A stretch of DNA of 64,000 bases from NCBI RefSeq assembly GCF_004010195.1, contig NC_057752.1, positions 5,721,055 to 5,785,054 on the forward strand, given 5' to 3'. This stretch comes from Chiloscyllium plagiosum (taxonomy: Eukaryota). Below are positions 62,320 to 64,000 of the stretch, in pieces. The notes under the pieces were generated by a model, which did no database searches, was not told where the DNA came from, and worked only from the letters and a program-made list of their open reading frames with translations. A program made the position numbers and the translations under genes. Within the stretch, counting starts at the first letter, position 1. The number at the start of each line of letters is the position of its first letter.

Positions 62320-62990
62320 GCGATGCACCTAGGATCACAGAGACCTTGGTGTGCGGGTCCACCAGTTCCTTAAGGTAGAGGGATAGGTAGATAAAGTGAT
62401 TAAGAAGACATTTGGGATGATTGTCTTTACTAGCCGAGACATAGAGTTTAAGAGCAGGGAGATGGTGCTGGAACTGTATAAAACGTTGGTAAGCCACAGC
62501 TGCAGTACTGTGTGCAGTTTTGGAATCCACGTTACAGAATTGATATGATTGCACTGGATAAGCTTTGGAGGGTATTTACCAGGATGTTGGCAGGATTGGA
62601 GAATTTTAGTTATGAAAAGAAATTGGAAAGAACGGGGTTGTTCTCCTTGAAGCAGAGGGGACTGAGGGGGACCATGATTGAGAGGTATGAAATTTATGTG
62701 GGGCATAGACAGGATAGAAAATTTTCCCCTTGTTGGAGAGTCACTGACCAAGGGGCATAGATTTGAGGTCTAAGGGCAGGAGGTTGAGAGGCGATATGGG
62801 GAGGTTTTTTGTGGGAATGTGGGAATGTGGAAGTCACTGCCTGTGAGGATGATACAAGCAGAAATCCTTATCACATTTTAAAAAGTATGTAGATATTCTC
62901 TTCGGATTTGAATAGTTGAGGGGTTGTTTTGACCAGCGCAGACTCGACGGACCAAAGGATCTTTTTCTGTGCTGTAGGCGTCTGCGACTC
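62320..62990 (+). mobile_element. Older CR1 LINE 3' end
   Basis: LYKTLV..LQYCVQFWNP.YR..FTRMLAGLENFSYE remnants. Confidence 0.85.
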
Positions 62991-63179
62991 TACTGCCGAG
63001 CGACCAGGTTAGAGACCCAGGTAACAAAAACAGAAACTGACATCTGTACTCAGAAACAGAGTTTCTGTTTCTGAGTACAGATGTTTGTATCCAGTGACCC
63101 TTCGTCTGAACTGAAGAAAACTGGGGAAAGATGGAATTTATGCTGATGACAGAGTGGGGTTGGAGAAAGAGGTTTGTTG

Positions 63180-63395
63180 AAGTGCATGTGCAAGGTTGGG
63201 CTGTATGTGTGTGTGTGTGTCTGTCTGTGTGTGTGTACGTGCATAACTTGTGTGTACATTTGTGTGTCTGAGTGTATTTGGGCGTGCATGTGTATGTGTA
63301 TACATCTGTGTGCCTATGTGTATACATCTGTGTTTGCATTTGTGTGTGTGTGTGTTTTATGTGCTGTGTGTCTACGTGTGCGTGTGTTTTATGCA
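63180..63395. repeat. Degenerate (GT)n block
   Basis: Directly visible. A smaller similar block lies at about 56030-56270. Confidence 0.9.
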
Positions 63396-64000
63396 CTGTC
63401 CTCTTCCTGCACACAGACTGGGATCAACGGGTTTGACAACTCAGTCAGTCGTGAATCAGTTCGGGACAATTGGCTACATGGCACTTTGAGCCCTTTGACC
63501 CCTTACCATTGCGATGCTTTGAGACTAGAAAGTTCGAATTGAGGACATTTACGGAAGAAAATGACTCACGGTACAAAGCTATAGATTCCAAAAGAACAGA
63601 AATAACGTTTGTATCCCCAGCTCTCAAGATATCACGTGGTTTTTCGGAGATGCAGCCGGCAAACAGCAGGACATTGAAGAAGCTGCTCAAATCTTCATGA
63701 AACATGACATATCTGGCAGCTTATTGGCTCGGCCCAGCAGCCGGTGAGGGCACACTAAGCACCAAAACGATCCTTAAACTGTGCGCAGACATTGCTTATT
63801 CCCGACGCAAAAATAACGCCACAATCTATTGCTGATTTTGTCCACCTCACATCAAAGAGTGCTGCATCCCTTCTGTCCGTTGTTATCACTGCGCTGAGCA
63901 ATATTGGAGTCTTTAGCGCGCCTGTTTGCATATCTTGCTGGCCACAATCTCAAAATCGCACCTTTTTGGGCGCCGCTACTAACGCGGTCAATGATTTAAA

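Overview
Vertebrate genomic DNA, most likely an elasmobranch (inferred from HE1-like and Deu-domain SINEs and abundant CR1/HER1-like LINEs). The window holds two divergently transcribed Wnt genes. Wnt1 is on the minus strand (coding exons 34982-34729, 30521-30256, 613-125); I could not find its canonical signal-peptide exon 1. Wnt6 is complete on the plus strand (41209-41285, 43919-44139, 46177-46478, 54868-55329; 353 aa). All of these exons have GT-AG junctions with compatible phases. Direct Wnt1-Wnt6 linkage matches the ancestral Wnt1-6-10 cluster, which mammals keep only as two separate pairs, so one gene here is probably an ohnolog lost in mammals. Wnt1 intron 3 is 29.6 kb of nested repeats: CR1 LINEs, a Gypsy and a Copia LTR element, SINEs and Penelope-derived pieces. 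About a dozen Penelope-type fragments carry minimal hammerhead ribozyme motifs, several arranged as palindromes. Large degenerate (GT)/(CA) blocks lie in mirror orientation in the two genes. Repeat boundaries were read by eye and are approximate.
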